Source: Pseudomonadota bacterium (GTDB lineage: Bacteria; Pseudomonadota; Gammaproteobacteria; JAKBBU01). Taken from it: a stretch of 64,000 nt of DNA. The stretch covers positions 4,685 through 68,684 of the forward strand of contig JAKBBU010000003.1 in the NCBI GenBank assembly GCA_021808365.1, read 5' to 3'. The notes below the pieces were generated by a model. That model was not told the origin of the DNA. It saw nothing but the letters and a program-made list of their open reading frames with translations, and made no database searches. Numbering within the stretch: the stretch's first letter is position 1; each line of letters opens with the position of its first letter. A program made the translations under genes and the position numbers. This document shows, piece by piece, positions 51,017 through 62,390 of this stretch.

Positions 51017-51072
51017 TTATCGCGATGGGGGATTATTAAGGGGGAGAAACGCGAGTTCTCCCCCTTAATTGC
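51017..51072. repeat. GGGGGAGAA..TTCTCCCCC hairpin element (family B), inverted copy, upstream of rpsL
   Basis: cgcgatgggggattattaagggggagaaacgcgagttctcccccttaa. Other copies at 15254..15322 and 23139..23209. Confidence 0.75.
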
Positions 51073-51125
51073 GAGCCGAGGCTTTGCCTTGGCGAAGCAT
51101 TTGAATAGTAACGCCGGAGTTATCA

Positions 51126-51500
51126 ATGCCAACAATTAATCAGCTCGTCAAAAGCGGGCGACAAAGAGCGGTGGACAAGTCAAATGTCCCAGCGCTTCAG
51201 AGCTGTCCTCAAAAACGGGGCGTTTGTACGCGTGTGTATACCACAACGCCTAAGAAACCAAACTCAGCTTTGCGTAAGGTTGCGCGTATTCGCTTAACCA
51301 ATGGCTACGAAGTCACCGGTTACATCCCTGGGGAAGGCCATAACCTTCAAGAACACTCGGTGGTAACGATTCGTGGCGGTCGTGTGAAGGATTTGCCTGG
51401 TGTGCGTTATCACATTATTCGCGGTAGTTTAGATACGGCGGGTGTAAACGGTAGACGCCGTGGTCGTTCGAAATACGGTACAAAGAGACCTAAAGAGTAG
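51126..51500 (+). CDS. rpsL: 30S ribosomal protein S12
   Basis: [13 protein letters not shown].. Confidence 0.95.
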   Translation: MPTINQLVKSGRQRAVDKSNVPALQSCPQKRGVCTRVYTTTPKKPNSALRKVARIRLTNGYEVTGYIPGEGHNLQEHSVVTIRGGRVKDLPGVRYHIIRGSLDTAGVNGRRRGRSKYGTKRPKE

Positions 51501-51521
51501 GCCGAAAGATAGGATAAAGTT

Positions 51522-52043
51522 ATGTCTAGAAGAAAAGCAGCCCCGAAACGTGAAATCCTCCCTGATCCAAAGTACGGAGATCAAGTTTTGGCTAAATTCA
51601 TGAATCACGTCATGAAGAGCGGTAAGAAATCGATTGCAGAACGTATCGTTTACGGTGCTTTGGAAATTGTTGAAGCTAAATTGAAGAGTGGTCATGCGCT
51701 TTCTGAAGGAGAGAGTCGTGAGGGCGAAAGCGGTGGTTCTCGTGCACTCGATGTCTTCGATAAAGCATTACAAAATGTTCGCCCGATGGTGGAAGTGAAA
51801 TCTCGCCGCGTGGGCGGTGCAACGTATCAAGTTCCAATCGAAGTTCGGCCAGTACGTAGTTTGACCTTGGCGATGCGTTGGTTGGTCGACTCAGCAAAGA
51901 CACGTGGCGAAAAGTCAATGCCCCAGCGTTTAGCGGGCGAGCTTCTTGAAGCGGCATCAAATCGTGGGAATGCTGTTAAAAAACGCGAAGATACGCATAG
52001 AATGGCCAAGGCTAACCAAGCCTTTGCGCATTATAGATGGTAA
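51522..52043 (+). CDS. rpsG: 30S ribosomal protein S7 (about 16-aa internal insertion)
   Basis: Ends ..AFAHYRW. Confidence 0.9.
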   Translation: MSRRKAAPKREILPDPKYGDQVLAKFMNHVMKSGKKSIAERIVYGALEIVEAKLKSGHALSEGESREGESGGSRALDVFDKALQNVRPMVEVKSRRVGGATYQVPIEVRPVRSLTLAMRWLVDSAKTRGEKSMPQRLAGELLEAASNRGNAVKKREDTHRMAKANQAFAHYRW

Positions 52044-52058
52044 GAGTTTGAGGAATTT

Positions 52059-54176
52059 ATGGCAACAGCAGAATCAACACGTTCGACACCGCTCCATCTC
52101 TATAGGAATTTTGGGATCGCTGCGCACATCGATGCGGGCAAGACCACAACAACAGAGCGAGTTCTTTTCTATACCGGTGTTTCTCACCGGATCGGTGAAG
52201 TGCATGAAGGCGCTGCAACGATGGATTGGATGGAACAAGAACAAGAGCGCGGCATCACGATCACATCTGCAGCCACAACCTGCTATTGGAAGGGGATGGC
52301 GGGTCAATACGAATCTCATCGTTTTAATATCATTGATACCCCTGGACACGTTGACTTTACCATTGAAGTGGAGCGTTCCTTACGCGTACTCGATGGCGCA
52401 ATCACCGTTCTTTGTGCAGTAGGTGGTGTTGAGCCTCAAACAGAAACGGTTTGGCGGCAAGCAAATAAATACGGTGTACCTCGGATCATCTTTGTTAACA
52501 AAATGGATCGCTCAGGCGCTGATTTTCTACGGGTGGCTGAACAAGTTCATACGCGTCTTGCAGCAACGCCGGTTGTGATGCAATTGCCTATTGGTGCAGA
52601 AGAGCATTTCAAGGGTGTTATTGATCTCGTTCATATGAAAGCCATTTATTGGGATGATGCGACGCAAGGTATGACATTTAAAGAGCAAGATGTGCCTGAA
52701 GAGATGATGGCAGATTGCAAAAAATGGCGTGAAAAATTGGTAGAAGCTGCCGCAGAATCCACAGAAGAATTGATGGATAAATATTTAGGCGGCGAAGAAT
52801 TATCGATTGAAGAAATTAAAACAGGTATTCGCTCACGAACACTTCAAAATGAAATTATTCCTGTGTTCTGCGGCTCTGCATTTAAAAATAAAGGCGTTCA
52901 AGCCGTTTTAGATGCTGTTATTGACTATCTTCCATCACCGATGGACGTTCCTCCTGTCGTTGGGCATCTCGATGATGCTGCAGCCACAGAAGCTTCGCGT
53001 GCACCTTCGGATGATGAGCCTTTCTCAGCGCTCGTTTTCAAAATTGCAACGGATCCTTTTGTAGGAACATTAGCATTTTTCCGTGTGTATTCAGGTGTTG
53101 TTAACACGGGTGATACGGTGTATAACCCCGTAAAAGAAAAACGTGAGCGAATTGGTCGCTTATTGCAAATGCATGCGAATAATCGCCAAGAAATTAAAGA
53201 AGTGCGCGCAGGGGATATTGGCGCAGCTGTGGGTTTGAAAAATGCGACGACGGGTGATACGCTGTGTGACCTTAACAAGATCATCACATTGGAGCGCATG
53301 GAATTCCCTGAGCCTGTGATTGCAGTTGCTGTTGAACCTAAAACAAAAGCCGATCAAGAAAAGATGGGACTGGCCTTGAATAAATTGGCTCAAGAAGATC
53401 CTTCCTTCCGTGTTCATACGGATGAAGAGTCTGGCCAGACGATCATCGAAGGAATGGGTGAATTACACCTTGAAATTATTGTTGATCGGATGAAACGTGA
53501 ATTTAAAGTTGAAGCAAATGTCGGCAAACCTCGCGTAGCTTATCGTGAAACCATTCGCAAATCGGTTGAGCAAGAAGGCAAATTTATTCGTCAATCGGGT
53601 GGCCGTGGACAATACGGGCATGTATGGTTGAAGATTGAGCCTAAAGAAGCTGGAACGGGTTATGAGTTTGTAAATGCCATCGTCGGTGGCGCAATTCCGA
53701 AAGAATATATTCCTGCTGTTGATAAAGGTGTGCAAGAACAATTGCAGAATGGGGTGATTGCGGGTTATCCTGTCGTCGACGTAAAGGTCACCTTGTTCGA
53801 TGGAACCTACCATGACGTAGATTCAAGCGAAATGGCCTTTAAAATTGCAGGCTCGATGTGTTTCAAGGAAGGTGCGAAGAAGGCAAACCCTGTTCTTCTC
53901 GAACCGATCATGAAAGTTGAGGTCACGACACCCGAGGATTACATGGGTGATGTCGTCGGTGATTTAAATCGACGCCGTGGTATGATTCAAGGCATGGAGG
54001 ATCTGTACGGCAACCTGAAAATGGTCCGCTGTGAAGTTCCTTTGGCTGAGATGTTTGGTTATGCGACCGATTTGCGTTCTGCAACGCAAGGCCGTGCAAC
54101 CTATTCAATGGAATTTTGTAAATACAATGAGGCACCGGCGAATGTCGCTGATGCTGTTATTAAACGCGACCAATAG
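52059..54176 (+). CDS. fusA: Elongation factor G
   Basis: G1 AHIDAGKTT, 705 aa. Confidence 0.95.
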   Translation: MATAESTRSTPLHLYRNFGIAAHIDAGKTTTTERVLFYTGVSHRIGEVHEGAATMDWMEQEQERGITITSAATTCYWKGMAGQYESHRFNIIDTPGHVDFTIEVERSLRVLDGAITVLCAVGGVEPQTETVWRQANKYGVPRIIFVNKMDRSGADFLRVAEQVHTRLAATPVVMQLPIGAEEHFKGVIDLVHMKAIYWDDATQGMTFKEQDVPEEMMADCKKWREKLVEAAAESTEELMDKYLGGEELSIEEIKTGIRSRTLQNEIIPVFCGSAFKNKGVQAVLDAVIDYLPSPMDVPPVVGHLDDAAATEASRAPSDDEPFSALVFKIATDPFVGTLAFFRVYSGVVNTGDTVYNPVKEKRERIGRLLQMHANNRQEIKEVRAGDIGAAVGLKNATTGDTLCDLNKIITLERMEFPEPVIAVAVEPKTKADQEKMGLALNKLAQEDPSFRVHTDEESGQTIIEGMGELHLEIIVDRMKREFKVEANVGKPRVAYRETIRKSVEQEGKFIRQSGGRGQYGHVWLKIEPKEAGTGYEFVNAIVGGAIPKEYIPAVDKGVQEQLQNGVIAGYPVVDVKVTLFDGTYHDVDSSEMAFKIAGSMCFKEGAKKANPVLLEPIMKVEVTTPEDYMGDVVGDLNRRRGMIQGMEDLYGNLKMVRCEVPLAEMFGYATDLRSATQGRATYSMEFCKYNEAPANVADAVIKRDQ

Positions 54177-54192
54177 CTAGAGGGGTACTTAA

Positions 54193-55383
54193 ATGGCAAA
54201 GGAAAAATTTGACCGGTCTAAACCACACTGCAACATCGGAACGATTGGGCACGTGGATCACGGTAAAACAACATTGACAGCAGCAATTACGACTGTGTTG
54301 TCAAAGAAGGGCGGCGCAGTGGCAAAAGCCTATGGTGATATTGATGCAGCGCCTGAAGAAAGAGCACGTGGTATTACGATCAATACTGCACACGTGGAAT
54401 ATCAAACCGATGCTCGGCATTATGCGCACGTTGATTGCCCAGGACACGCGGATTATGTGAAGAACATGATCACCGGTGCGGCGCAAATGGACGGTGCAAT
54501 CCTTGTGGTTTCAGCGGCTGATGGTCCTATGCCTCAAACGCGTGAACACATCCTCTTGGCCCGCCAAGTCGGTGTACCAGCTCTCGTGGTTTTCATGAAT
54601 AAAGTTGACATGGTTCAAGACGAAGAGTTATTAGAACTTGTTGAAATGGAAATCAGAGAATTACTGAGTAAATATGAATTTCCTGGTGATGATATTCCAA
54701 TCATTAAAGGATCTGCTTTAAAAGCATTGGAAGGAGATACAGGTCCATTAGGTGAGCCAGCCATCCTTGAATTGATGAAAGCCGTTGATGAATATATTCC
54801 TCAACCAGAACGTGAAACAGACAAACCTTTCTTGATGCCCGTGGAAGATGTGTTCTCCATCTCAGGTCGTGGTACGGTTGTGACCGGCCGGATCGAGCGC
54901 GGTATCATTAAAGTGGGTGAAGAAATTGAAATCGTTGGTTTGAAGCCTACGGTTAAAACAACTTGCACAGGCGTTGAAATGTTCCGCAAATTGTTGGATC
55001 AAGGTCAAGCTGGTGATAACGTCGGTATCTTGTTACGTGGAACGAAGCGTGAAGATGTTGAACGCGGTCAAGTGTTAGCAAAACCCGCTTCAATCACACC
55101 GCATACGAAATTCGAAGCAGAAGTATATGTGTTATCAAAAGAAGAAGGTGGCCGTCATACGCCATTCTTCAAAGGCTATCGTCCTCAGTTCTACTTCAGA
55201 ACGACAGACGTAACCGGTGCAGTGGAATTACCTACGGGCGTTGAAATGGTAATGCCTGGAGATAATTTGAAGTTTGTTGTGACCTTGATTTCGCCCATCG
55301 CGATGGAAGAAGGGTTACGTTTTGCAATCCGCGAAGGTGGCCGTACAGTGGGTGCCGGCGTTGTGACGAAAGTAATAGAATAG
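54193..55383 (+). CDS. tuf: Elongation factor Tu
   Basis: [10 protein letters not shown], 396 aa. Confidence 0.95.
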   Translation: MAKEKFDRSKPHCNIGTIGHVDHGKTTLTAAITTVLSKKGGAVAKAYGDIDAAPEERARGITINTAHVEYQTDARHYAHVDCPGHADYVKNMITGAAQMDGAILVVSAADGPMPQTREHILLARQVGVPALVVFMNKVDMVQDEELLELVEMEIRELLSKYEFPGDDIPIIKGSALKALEGDTGPLGEPAILELMKAVDEYIPQPERETDKPFLMPVEDVFSISGRGTVVTGRIERGIIKVGEEIEIVGLKPTVKTTCTGVEMFRKLLDQGQAGDNVGILLRGTKREDVERGQVLAKPASITPHTKFEAEVYVLSKEEGGRHTPFFKGYRPQFYFRTTDVTGAVELPTGVEMVMPGDNLKFVVTLISPIAMEEGLRFAIREGGRTVGAGVVTKVIE

Positions 55384-55400
55384 TTAGAGTAAGTAACATT

Positions 55401-55727
55401 ATGGCAGTAAGTAAGAACGGTCAGACCATACGCATTCGTATGAAGGCGTATGATCATCGCCAGATCGATCAGTCAACACAAGAAATTGTAGAGACCGCAA
55501 AGAGAACGGGAGCACAGGTTCGTGGACCGATCCCGTTACCCACGCGTAAGGAACGGTTTGTCGTCACGACATCACCGAATATCGATAAGGATTCACGGGA
55601 TCAATTCGAGATTCGTGTTTATAAGCGTTTGGTTGATATTGTTCAACCTACGGATAAAACAGTGGATGCCTTGATGAAGCTTGATCTCGCTGCCGGTGTT
55701 GATATTCAGATCAGTGTTGAGAGCTAG
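55401..55727 (+). CDS. rpsJ: 30S ribosomal protein S10
   Basis: [15 protein letters not shown].. Confidence 0.9.
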   Translation: MAVSKNGQTIRIRMKAYDHRQIDQSTQEIVETAKRTGAQVRGPIPLPTRKERFVVTTSPNIDKDSRDQFEIRVYKRLVDIVQPTDKTVDALMKLDLAAGVDIQISVES

Positions 55728-55767
55728 CGATAAGAAGATGAAATATCGGATTTATTTTTTTCGTCAT

Positions 55768-55824
55768 CCCGGGATTTAATGGTTCTTAGCGAGTACTCTC
55801 GCTTAGAACCACTAAATACCCGGG
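55768..55824. repeat. 57-bp palindrome in the rpsJ-rplC spacer, plus a second small hairpin at 55884..55901
   Basis: cccgggatttaatggttcttagcgag tact ctcgcttagaaccactaaatacccggg. Confidence 0.7.
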
Positions 55825-55928
55825 ATCCAGAAAGTAAAAAAAGATTTTTTCATTAACAGAAGAAATCTTTTTTATAAGACTGGATTCCCGCCTCCGCGGG
55901 AATGACAGCAATGTGTGAGGTTTTTAAA

Positions 55929-56582
55929 ATGGCAATTGGTTTAGTAGGCCAAAAAATAGGCATGACACGCGTATTCACACCAGAAGGAGTGTCATTACCC
56001 GTTTCTGTGATCCAGGTGACACCCAACCGCGTTACACAAGTTAAAACGCTTGAAAATGATGGTTATCGTGCACTCCAAGTGACCACAGGGACACGTCGTG
56101 CTTCAAGAGTCACGCGTCCTATGGCAGGGCACTTTGCAAAAGCAGGTGTTGAAGCGGGGCGTGGTGTTTGGGAATTCCGCTTGGCTGAAACTGAAACCAC
56201 TGATGTTACCGTTGGACAAGAATTAAATGTCGATATCTTTGCAGAAGGTCAAGAAGTCGATGTCACCGGCACATCAAAAGGGAAGGGATTTGCAGGAACA
56301 GTTAAACGCCACAATTTCCGTACGCAAGATGCGACACATGGTAATTCGCGTTCTCACCGTGTTCCAGGGTCAATTGGCCAACGTCAAACGCCAGGTCGTG
56401 TTTTCAAAGGTAAGAAAATGGCCGGGCATATGGGATCGGAGCGTGTGACCATTCAAACACAAAAAATTGTCCGTGTTGATGCAGAGCGAGGATTGATCCT
56501 TGTGTGCGGCGGGATCCCTGGCGCACCCGGTGGCAATGTGATCGTCAGACCTGCAGTAAAAGCGAAAAGAGTTAAAGGTTAG
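55929..56582 (+). CDS. rplC: 50S ribosomal protein L3
   Basis: [17 protein letters not shown]. Confidence 0.9.
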   Translation: MAIGLVGQKIGMTRVFTPEGVSLPVSVIQVTPNRVTQVKTLENDGYRALQVTTGTRRASRVTRPMAGHFAKAGVEAGRGVWEFRLAETETTDVTVGQELNVDIFAEGQEVDVTGTSKGKGFAGTVKRHNFRTQDATHGNSRSHRVPGSIGQRQTPGRVFKGKKMAGHMGSERVTIQTQKIVRVDAERGLILVCGGIPGAPGGNVIVRPAVKAKRVKG

Positions 56583-56603
56583 AATTTAATTAGTTTATAT
56601 AAG

Positions 56604-56745
56604 GTGAAGTTAAGAGAACGTTCAATGTTGAGTCAAGGTTGGACGAAAAATTGACGAAAAGGGGCGCAGTGTATAAGGACATACATGAGCACTTTGAGGC
56701 AATTTTTCGTTCAAGATTGACCAACAGTGGACGTTCCCCTAAAGA
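56604..56745 (+). mobile_element. MITE-like element of about 140 bp with about 18-bp terminal inverted repeats, copy 1 (rplC-rplD spacer)
   Basis: GAGAACGTTCAATGTTGAG ... CAACAGTGGACGTTCCC. About 85-90% identical to copy 2 at 61344..61487 and to copy 3 (inverted) at 63103..63236. Confidence 0.8.
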
Positions 56746-56757
56746 GGAACAATCACA

Positions 56758-57375
56758 GTGGAATTACAATTAAGACAGTCCGACGGAACACAAGGCGGCA
56801 TGATCAGCCTGTTGGATGATGCATTTGCTCAACCCTTCAACGAAACTTTGGTGCACCAAATCATTACAGCTTATCGTGCGGCTGCACGTGCAGGTACAAA
56901 AGCTCAAAAAACACGCGCCCAAGTTCGTGGCGGCGGTGCAAAACCTTGGCGCCAAAAGGGGACAGGTCGTGCTCGTGCAGGAACAAGTCGTAGCCCGCTC
57001 TGGCGTAAAGGTGGCGTGATTTTCGCCGCCGTACCCAGAGATTATACGCAAAAAGTAAATAAGAAAATGTACCGTGCAGCGATGCGGTCCATTGTGTCTG
57101 AACTGATTCGCCAAGAACGCATTTCAATTGTTGAATCATTTGAAGTTGAAGAGCCTAGAACTAAAGCCATGTTAGCGAAATTAAAAAATTTCGCCTTCGA
57201 TGGTGGTTTGATCATCACCGATTACGTGAGTGACAACCTTTGGTTGGCAACACGCAATTTATTTAAAATTGATATCTGCGAAGCGCATGAAGTTGATCCG
57301 TACACCTTGGTTCGTCATGAATATGTATTGATTACTGTTGCGGCGCTTAAGCAATTAGAGGAGAGACTGGCATGA
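56758..57375 (+). CDS. rplD: 50S ribosomal protein L4 (GTG start)
   Basis: Collinear with E. coli L4. Confidence 0.9.
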   Translation: MELQLRQSDGTQGGMISLLDDAFAQPFNETLVHQIITAYRAAARAGTKAQKTRAQVRGGGAKPWRQKGTGRARAGTSRSPLWRKGGVIFAAVPRDYTQKVNKKMYRAAMRSIVSELIRQERISIVESFEVEEPRTKAMLAKLKNFAFDGGLIITDYVSDNLWLATRNLFKIDICEAHEVDPYTLVRHEYVLITVAALKQLEERLA

Positions 57376-57665
57376 ATACTGAACGCCTCATGAAGGTCAT
57401 CCTTGCACCGCTCATTTCTGAAAAAGGTAATCGGGTTGCAGAAAAAAATCGTCAGGTTGTCTTTAAAGTAATGCCTTGCGCTAAAAAACCAGAGATTAAA
57501 GCTGCGGTTGAATTGATGTTTGAAGTAAAAGTTGATGCAGTTCGTGTGCTCAACGTAGGAGGAAAGAAGAAGCGCTCTGGGCAGATCCTCGGCCAACGTA
57601 AATCTTGGAGGAAAGCTTATGTTTCCTTGCAAGAAGGGCATGATATTAATTTCGCAGATTTGTAA
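57372..57665 (+). CDS. rplW: 50S ribosomal protein L23
   Basis: 97 aa; position and motifs. Confidence 0.9.
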   Translation: MNTERLMKVILAPLISEKGNRVAEKNRQVVFKVMPCAKKPEIKAAVELMFEVKVDAVRVLNVGGKKKRSGQILGQRKSWRKAYVSLQEGHDINFADL

Positions 57666-57674
57666 CGAGAAAGA

Positions 57675-57742
57675 GTATCAGTACCAGGGAAGGTTACATC
57701 AATACCACAACAGTATTGGTGTAACCTTCCCTGGTACTGATA
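57675..57742. repeat. 68-bp palindrome, family A (CAATACCACAACAG core), in the rplW-rplB spacer
   Basis: tatcagtaccagggaaggttacatcaatac cacaacag gtattggtgtaaccttccctggtactgata. Confidence 0.8.
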
Positions 57743-57773
57743 GATTCTAAGATAAAGTAAAAAGGTAGTTAGC

Positions 57774-58601
57774 ATGGCTATTAGAAAACTAAAACCGACT
57801 TCGCCAGGCCGACGCGGTGTTGTTGTCGTTTTGCGAGATCACCTCCACAAAGGTGAACCGCATGCGCCATTACTAGAAACACTGTCAAGCACAGGTGGCC
57901 GTAACAACAATGGTCGTATCACGGTTCGCCATCAAGGCGGTGGCCACAAACGTCACTACCGTGTTATTGATTTCAAGCGGAATAAAGATGGTATTCCTGC
58001 AAAAGTTGAACGTTTAGAATATGATCCAAATCGTAGCGCGCATATCGCCTTGGTTTTATACCGCGATGGTGAACGCCGTTATGTGATTGCTGCGAAAGGT
58101 ATGAAGGTCGGTGATGAAATCCAATCCGGCGTTGATGCGCCGATCAAACCTGGAAATTGTTTACCACTTAGAAATTTACCTGTAGGTAGCCAAATTCATT
58201 GTTTGGAAATGCGACCAGGCAAGGGTGCGCAACTTGCTCGAAGTGCAGGTGCTGCGGTTCAGTTGGTTGCTCGGGAAGGTGCTTACGCAACGATTCGGTT
58301 ACGTTCTGGCGAAATGCGGAAAATTTCTGTAGAATGTCGGGCTACCCTCGGTGAAGTTAGTAATTCCGAACATAATTTGCAACAATTTGGTAAAGCTGGG
58401 GCAAAACGTCATCGTGGAATTCGGCCTACTGTGCGCGGTGTTGCGATGAACCCGGTTGACCATCCTCATGGAGGTGGTGAAGGCCGTACCTCGGCTGGGC
58501 GACATCCTTGCAGTCCATGGGGCCAACCCACGAAGGGCTATAAGACTCGTCGTAATAAACGGACGACTCAGTGGATTGTTCGCCGTCGCGATCGTAAATA
58601 G
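57774..58601 (+). CDS. rplB: 50S ribosomal protein L2
   Basis: 275 aa, ..DHPHGGGEG.. Confidence 0.95.
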   Translation: MAIRKLKPTSPGRRGVVVVLRDHLHKGEPHAPLLETLSSTGGRNNNGRITVRHQGGGHKRHYRVIDFKRNKDGIPAKVERLEYDPNRSAHIALVLYRDGERRYVIAAKGMKVGDEIQSGVDAPIKPGNCLPLRNLPVGSQIHCLEMRPGKGAQLARSAGAAVQLVAREGAYATIRLRSGEMRKISVECRATLGEVSNSEHNLQQFGKAGAKRHRGIRPTVRGVAMNPVDHPHGGGEGRTSAGRHPCSPWGQPTKGYKTRRNKRTTQWIVRRRDRK

Positions 58602-58615
58602 TAAGAGAGAAGTTT

Positions 58616-58909
58616 ATGTCACGTTCACTAAAGAAAGGTCCGTTCATTGATAATCACCTTCGCATTAAAGTTGAGAAGGCTCAAGCAACAAGTGATAAAC
58701 GGCCGATCAAAACATGGTCACGTCGCTCAACGATTTTGCCAGAAATGGTTGGGTTGACCATCGCTGTACACAATGGGCGTCAACATGTCCCTGTATTCAT
58801 CACTGAAAACATGGTGGGTCATAAGCTTGGTGAGTTCGCTGCAACGCGTACCTTTAAGGGGCACTCTGGTGGCGATAAGAAAGTTAAAGCAGGCGCTAAA
58901 GCTAAATAA
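58616..58909 (+). CDS. rpsS: 30S ribosomal protein S19
   Basis: [11 protein letters not shown]. Confidence 0.9.
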   Translation: MSRSLKKGPFIDNHLRIKVEKAQATSDKRPIKTWSRRSTILPEMVGLTIAVHNGRQHVPVFITENMVGHKLGEFAATRTFKGHSGGDKKVKAGAKAK

Positions 58910-58946
58910 AGCCAAAGGCGAGGGCCAAAAAAATCTAGAGGGCATG

Positions 58947-59282
58947 ATGGAAACGCAAGCAATACAAAAATACGTTCGAATTTCTGCGCAAAAAGCGCGG
59001 TTAGTGGCTGATCAAGTTCGTGGTAAAACAATCGCGAGAGCATTTGATATTTTATCGTTTAGTCCTAAGAAAGCAGCTGTTTTAATCAAGAAGGCCTTGA
59101 GTTCTGCTGTTGCAAATGCAGAGCATAACGATGGTGCAGATATCGATGAATTAGTGGTTTCAACGATCTGTGTGGATGAAGGTCCTTCCTTAAAGCGAAT
59201 GAGTCCTCGTGCAAAAGGCCGTGGTAATCGCATTGTGAAAAGAACCTGTCATATTACTGTCAAAGTGAGTGATGTTCGTTAA
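58947..59282 (+). CDS. rplV: 50S ribosomal protein L22 (start METQAIQ)
   Basis: Collinear with E. coli L22. The track ORF is over-extended upstream. Confidence 0.9.
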   Translation: METQAIQKYVRISAQKARLVADQVRGKTIARAFDILSFSPKKAAVLIKKALSSAVANAEHNDGADIDELVVSTICVDEGPSLKRMSPRAKGRGNRIVKRTCHITVKVSDVR

Positions 59283-59303
59283 TGTAGTTAAAAAGAGAAC
59301 TTT

Positions 59304-59972
59304 ATGGGTCAAAAAGTAAATCCAATTGGCATTCGTCTCGGTATCATCCGGGAAGCCGATTCAAAATGGTATGCGGGTTCAAAGAATTTTGCACGTATGC
59401 TTCATGAAGATATTTTAGCACGTCGTTGCCTCGAGCGCGATCTTGCAGCAGCAGGTATCAGCCGTGTTCGTATTGAACGGCCCACACGGGAATCGGCTAA
59501 AGTCACAATTTTGGCAGCACGTCCTGGCGTGATCATCGGTAAAAAAGGCGAGGATATTGAACGTATCAAGTCGAAAGTTAGCAAGATCCTCGGTGTTCCT
59601 GCTCATCTGACCATTGAAGAAGTGCGTAAGCCAGAAATGGATGCACGATTAGTTGCACAAGCGATCACGCAGCAATTGGAAAAACGGATTATGTTCCGTC
59701 GCGCAATGAAACGTGCGGTGACGACAGCGCTTCGTCTCGGTGCCTTGGGGATTAAAGTTTGTGTATCAGGCCGTCTGGGCGGTGCAGAAATCGCGCGTAC
59801 AGAATGGTACAGAGAAGGGCGAGTTCCTTTGCATACATTCCGTGCTGATGTTGATTATGGTACAGCTGAAGCAAAAACAACCTATGGCATCATTGGTGTG
59901 AAGGTTTGGATTTTTAAGGGTGAGATTCTCGAAAAAAATGCTGGAACAGCAAAAGAAGCTCAAGAGAACTAG
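59304..59972 (+). CDS. rpsC: 30S ribosomal protein S3
   Basis: [13 protein letters not shown]. Confidence 0.95.
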   Translation: MGQKVNPIGIRLGIIREADSKWYAGSKNFARMLHEDILARRCLERDLAAAGISRVRIERPTRESAKVTILAARPGVIIGKKGEDIERIKSKVSKILGVPAHLTIEEVRKPEMDARLVAQAITQQLEKRIMFRRAMKRAVTTALRLGALGIKVCVSGRLGGAEIARTEWYREGRVPLHTFRADVDYGTAEAKTTYGIIGVKVWIFKGEILEKNAGTAKEAQEN

Positions 59973-59996
59973 AACTACAGGCTCAGGAACAACACT

Positions 59997-60410
59997 ATGT
60001 TGCAACCAAAACGTACAAAATATCGCAAGCAAATGAAGGGCCGTAATCGGGGACTTGCAACCCGTGGTTCTTCAGTGAGCTTTGGTGAATTTGGCTTGAA
60101 GGCGATCGATCGAGGTCGTTTGACTGCACGTCAAATTGAAGCAGCGCGTCGCGCGCTGACCCGTCACATTAAACGGGGTGGTAAGGTTTGGATCCGTGTA
60201 TTTCCGGATAAACCCATCACGAAAAAACCTTTAGAAGTTCGGCAAGGTAAAGGTAAGGGTTCGGTGGAATATTGGGTTGCTCAAATTCAGCCGGGTCGCA
60301 TCTTGTTTGAAATTGAAGGTGTATCCCGTGAACTTGCGGAAGAAGCGTTTACGCTGGCAGCCGCAAAATTGCCTTTTAAAACGACCTTTGAGCAGCGAAC
60401 GGTGATGTAA
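59997..60410 (+). CDS. rplP: 50S ribosomal protein L16
   Basis: [12 protein letters not shown]. Confidence 0.95.
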   Translation: MLQPKRTKYRKQMKGRNRGLATRGSSVSFGEFGLKAIDRGRLTARQIEAARRALTRHIKRGGKVWIRVFPDKPITKKPLEVRQGKGKGSVEYWVAQIQPGRILFEIEGVSRELAEEAFTLAAAKLPFKTTFEQRTVM

Positions 60411-60607
60411 TGAAAGCAAAAGAATTACGTGTAAAAACAGTGAATGAATTAGAAACCGAGTTGCACGCTTCATTGCGCGAGCAGTTCAATCTACGGATGC
60501 AAAAAGCAGGTGGGGCACTCAAGCATAATCATCAGATTAAGCAAGTACGCCAGCGCATTGCAAAAATTAAAACCATTATTACTGAACTTCAGAGGGCCGC
60601 AAAATGA
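60410..60607 (+). CDS. rpmC: 50S ribosomal protein L29
   Basis: MKAKELR.. Confidence 0.9.
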   Translation: MKAKELRVKTVNELETELHASLREQFNLRMQKAGGALKHNHQIKQVRQRIAKIKTIITELQRAAK

Positions 60608-60870
60608 GCGAGATCGTTTCAAATCATCGTATCGTTACGGGTACTGTTGTCAGCACAAAAATGGATAAGTCGATCGTCGTTCGTGTTGAGCGTCGTGTGA
60701 AACATCCGATTTATGAAAAAGTGATGAATCGTTTCACAAAGCTTTATGCACATGATGAAAAAAATGAATGTGGTCTTGGAGATATCGTAGCACTGCAAGA
60801 ATGCCGTCCTCTTTCAAAAATGAAACGTTGGCGTTTAGTTGAAATTGTTGAGAAAAAGACTGCAGAATAA
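60604..60870 (+). CDS. rpsQ: 30S ribosomal protein S17
   Basis: 88 aa; position and motifs. Confidence 0.9.
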   Translation: MSEIVSNHRIVTGTVVSTKMDKSIVVRVERRVKHPIYEKVMNRFTKLYAHDEKNECGLGDIVALQECRPLSKMKRWRLVEIVEKKTAE

Positions 60871-60957
60871 AAACTGCTGGCTCTGTTTGGTGCCGCGGTG
60901 TATACTGCGGCACCTGCTTTCTTAAGGGTTAAGCAAAAGCAAATCCGAGGAGTTGAA

Positions 60958-61326
60958 ATGATACAAATGGGAACCGTGCTGACTGTCGCTGACAATAGCG
61001 GCGCGCGGCAGATCATGTGCATTAAAGTGTTTGGCGGTTCTAAGCGTCGTTACGCAAGAGTCGGTGACGTGATTAAAGCATCTGTAAAAGTGGCTACGCC
61101 CAATGGTAAGGTTAAGAAGGGTGATGTGGTCAATGCAGTTGTGGTTAGAACACGTCAGGCCGTTCGTCGGACAGATGGTTCTGCACTACGCTTTGACTCC
61201 AATGCGGGTGTGCTTCTGAATAATCAGATGCAGCCCGTCGGTACTCGTATTTTTGGCCCAGTGACACGCGAACTGCGCGGTGAGAAGTTTATGAAAATTG
61301 TCTCATTGGCTGAAGAAGTGCTTTAA
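60958..61326 (+). CDS. rplN: 50S ribosomal protein L14 (start MIQMGTV, GAGGAG SD)
   Basis: Collinear with E. coli L14. Confidence 0.9.
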   Translation: MIQMGTVLTVADNSGARQIMCIKVFGGSKRRYARVGDVIKASVKVATPNGKVKKGDVVNAVVVRTRQAVRRTDGSALRFDSNAGVLLNNQMQPVGTRIFGPVTRELRGEKFMKIVSLAEEVL

Positions 61327-61343
61327 GTTTTAATAGGAAATAG

Positions 61344-61487
61344 TGAAGTTAAGAGAACGTTCAATTTTGAGCTCAGGTTGAACGAAAAATACTCGAAAAG
61401 GGGCGCAATGTATAGGACATACATGAGCACTTTGAGAGGATTTTTCATTCAAGATGAGCCAAAAGTGGACGTTCCCATAAAGAGGCT
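61344..61487 (+). mobile_element. MITE-like element, copy 2 (rplN-rplX spacer)
   Basis: Same TIRs and interior (AAAAGGGGCGCAATGTATAGGACATACATGAGCACTTTGAG) as copy 1. Confidence 0.8.
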
Positions 61488-61495
61488 GAGTGGTA

Positions 61496-61825
61496 ATGCA
61501 AAAAATTAAACAAAATGATGAAGTCATCATTCTTACAGGAAAAGATAAAAAACAGCGTGGAAAAGTACTTCGTGTCGTCAAAGCTGCTGGCAAAGTCGTT
61601 AAAGTTTTGGTAGAAGGGGTTAACAAAGCAAAGAAGCATGTTCGTCCTAATCCTCAACTCAATCAAAAAGGTGGCATTATTGAGCGCGAAATGCCGCTTC
61701 ATGTCTCCAATGTTGCTTTGTATAATCCGGCAACAAAGAAAGCTGATCGCGTAGGTATTCGTATTTTAGAAGATGGTCGGAAAGTTCGTTATTTTAAATC
61801 CAATGGCGAAATTATAGACCTTTAA
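61496..61825 (+). CDS. rplX: 50S ribosomal protein L24
   Basis: [18 protein letters not shown]. Confidence 0.9.
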   Translation: MQKIKQNDEVIILTGKDKKQRGKVLRVVKAAGKVVKVLVEGVNKAKKHVRPNPQLNQKGGIIEREMPLHVSNVALYNPATKKADRVGIRILEDGRKVRYFKSNGEIIDL

Positions 61826-61837
61826 AGAGTGAGTGTT

Positions 61838-62380
61838 ATGGCAAGATTAAAAGAGTTCTATCGCGATACCGTCGTCAAGCAATTGATGGACAGGTTTGCT
61901 TACAAGAACATTATGCAAGTTCCGCAGATCACGAAGATTACCCTCAATATGGGTGTTGGTGAAGCGGTGGCAGATAAGAAAGTGATGGATGCTGCAGTTG
62001 CCGATATGGCCGCTATTGCAGGTCAAAAGCCTATTGTCACCTTGGCGCGTAAATCGATTGCCGGGTTTAAAATTCGTGAAGATTGGCCTATCGGTTGCAA
62101 GGTAACCTTGCGACGCGATCGCATGTATGAATTTTTTGATCGATTAGTTTCCATTACTTTGCCACGTGTACGTGATTTTCGGGGGATGAGCCCCAAGTCA
62201 TTTGATGGCCGTGGTAATTACAGCATGGGCTTGCGCGAGCAGATCGTGTTTCCTGAAATCAATTACGACAAAATTGATATGTTGCGTGGTTTGGATATTA
62301 CGATCACGACATCAGCAAAAACAGATGAAGAAGCAAGGGCGTTACTTACCGCTTTTGGTTTTCCGTTTAAAGAAAAGTAG
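61838..62380 (+). CDS. rplE: 50S ribosomal protein L5
   Basis: [10 protein letters not shown].. Confidence 0.9.
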   Translation: MARLKEFYRDTVVKQLMDRFAYKNIMQVPQITKITLNMGVGEAVADKKVMDAAVADMAAIAGQKPIVTLARKSIAGFKIREDWPIGCKVTLRRDRMYEFFDRLVSITLPRVRDFRGMSPKSFDGRGNYSMGLREQIVFPEINYDKIDMLRGLDITITTSAKTDEEARALLTAFGFPFKEK

Positions 62381-62390
62381 GAGAGGAAGC

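Noticed and set aside
51429-54135. Numerous short ORFs antisense to rpsG, fusA and tuf
   Set aside because: They overlap highly conserved essential genes on the opposite strand. They are artefacts of the six-frame ORF track.
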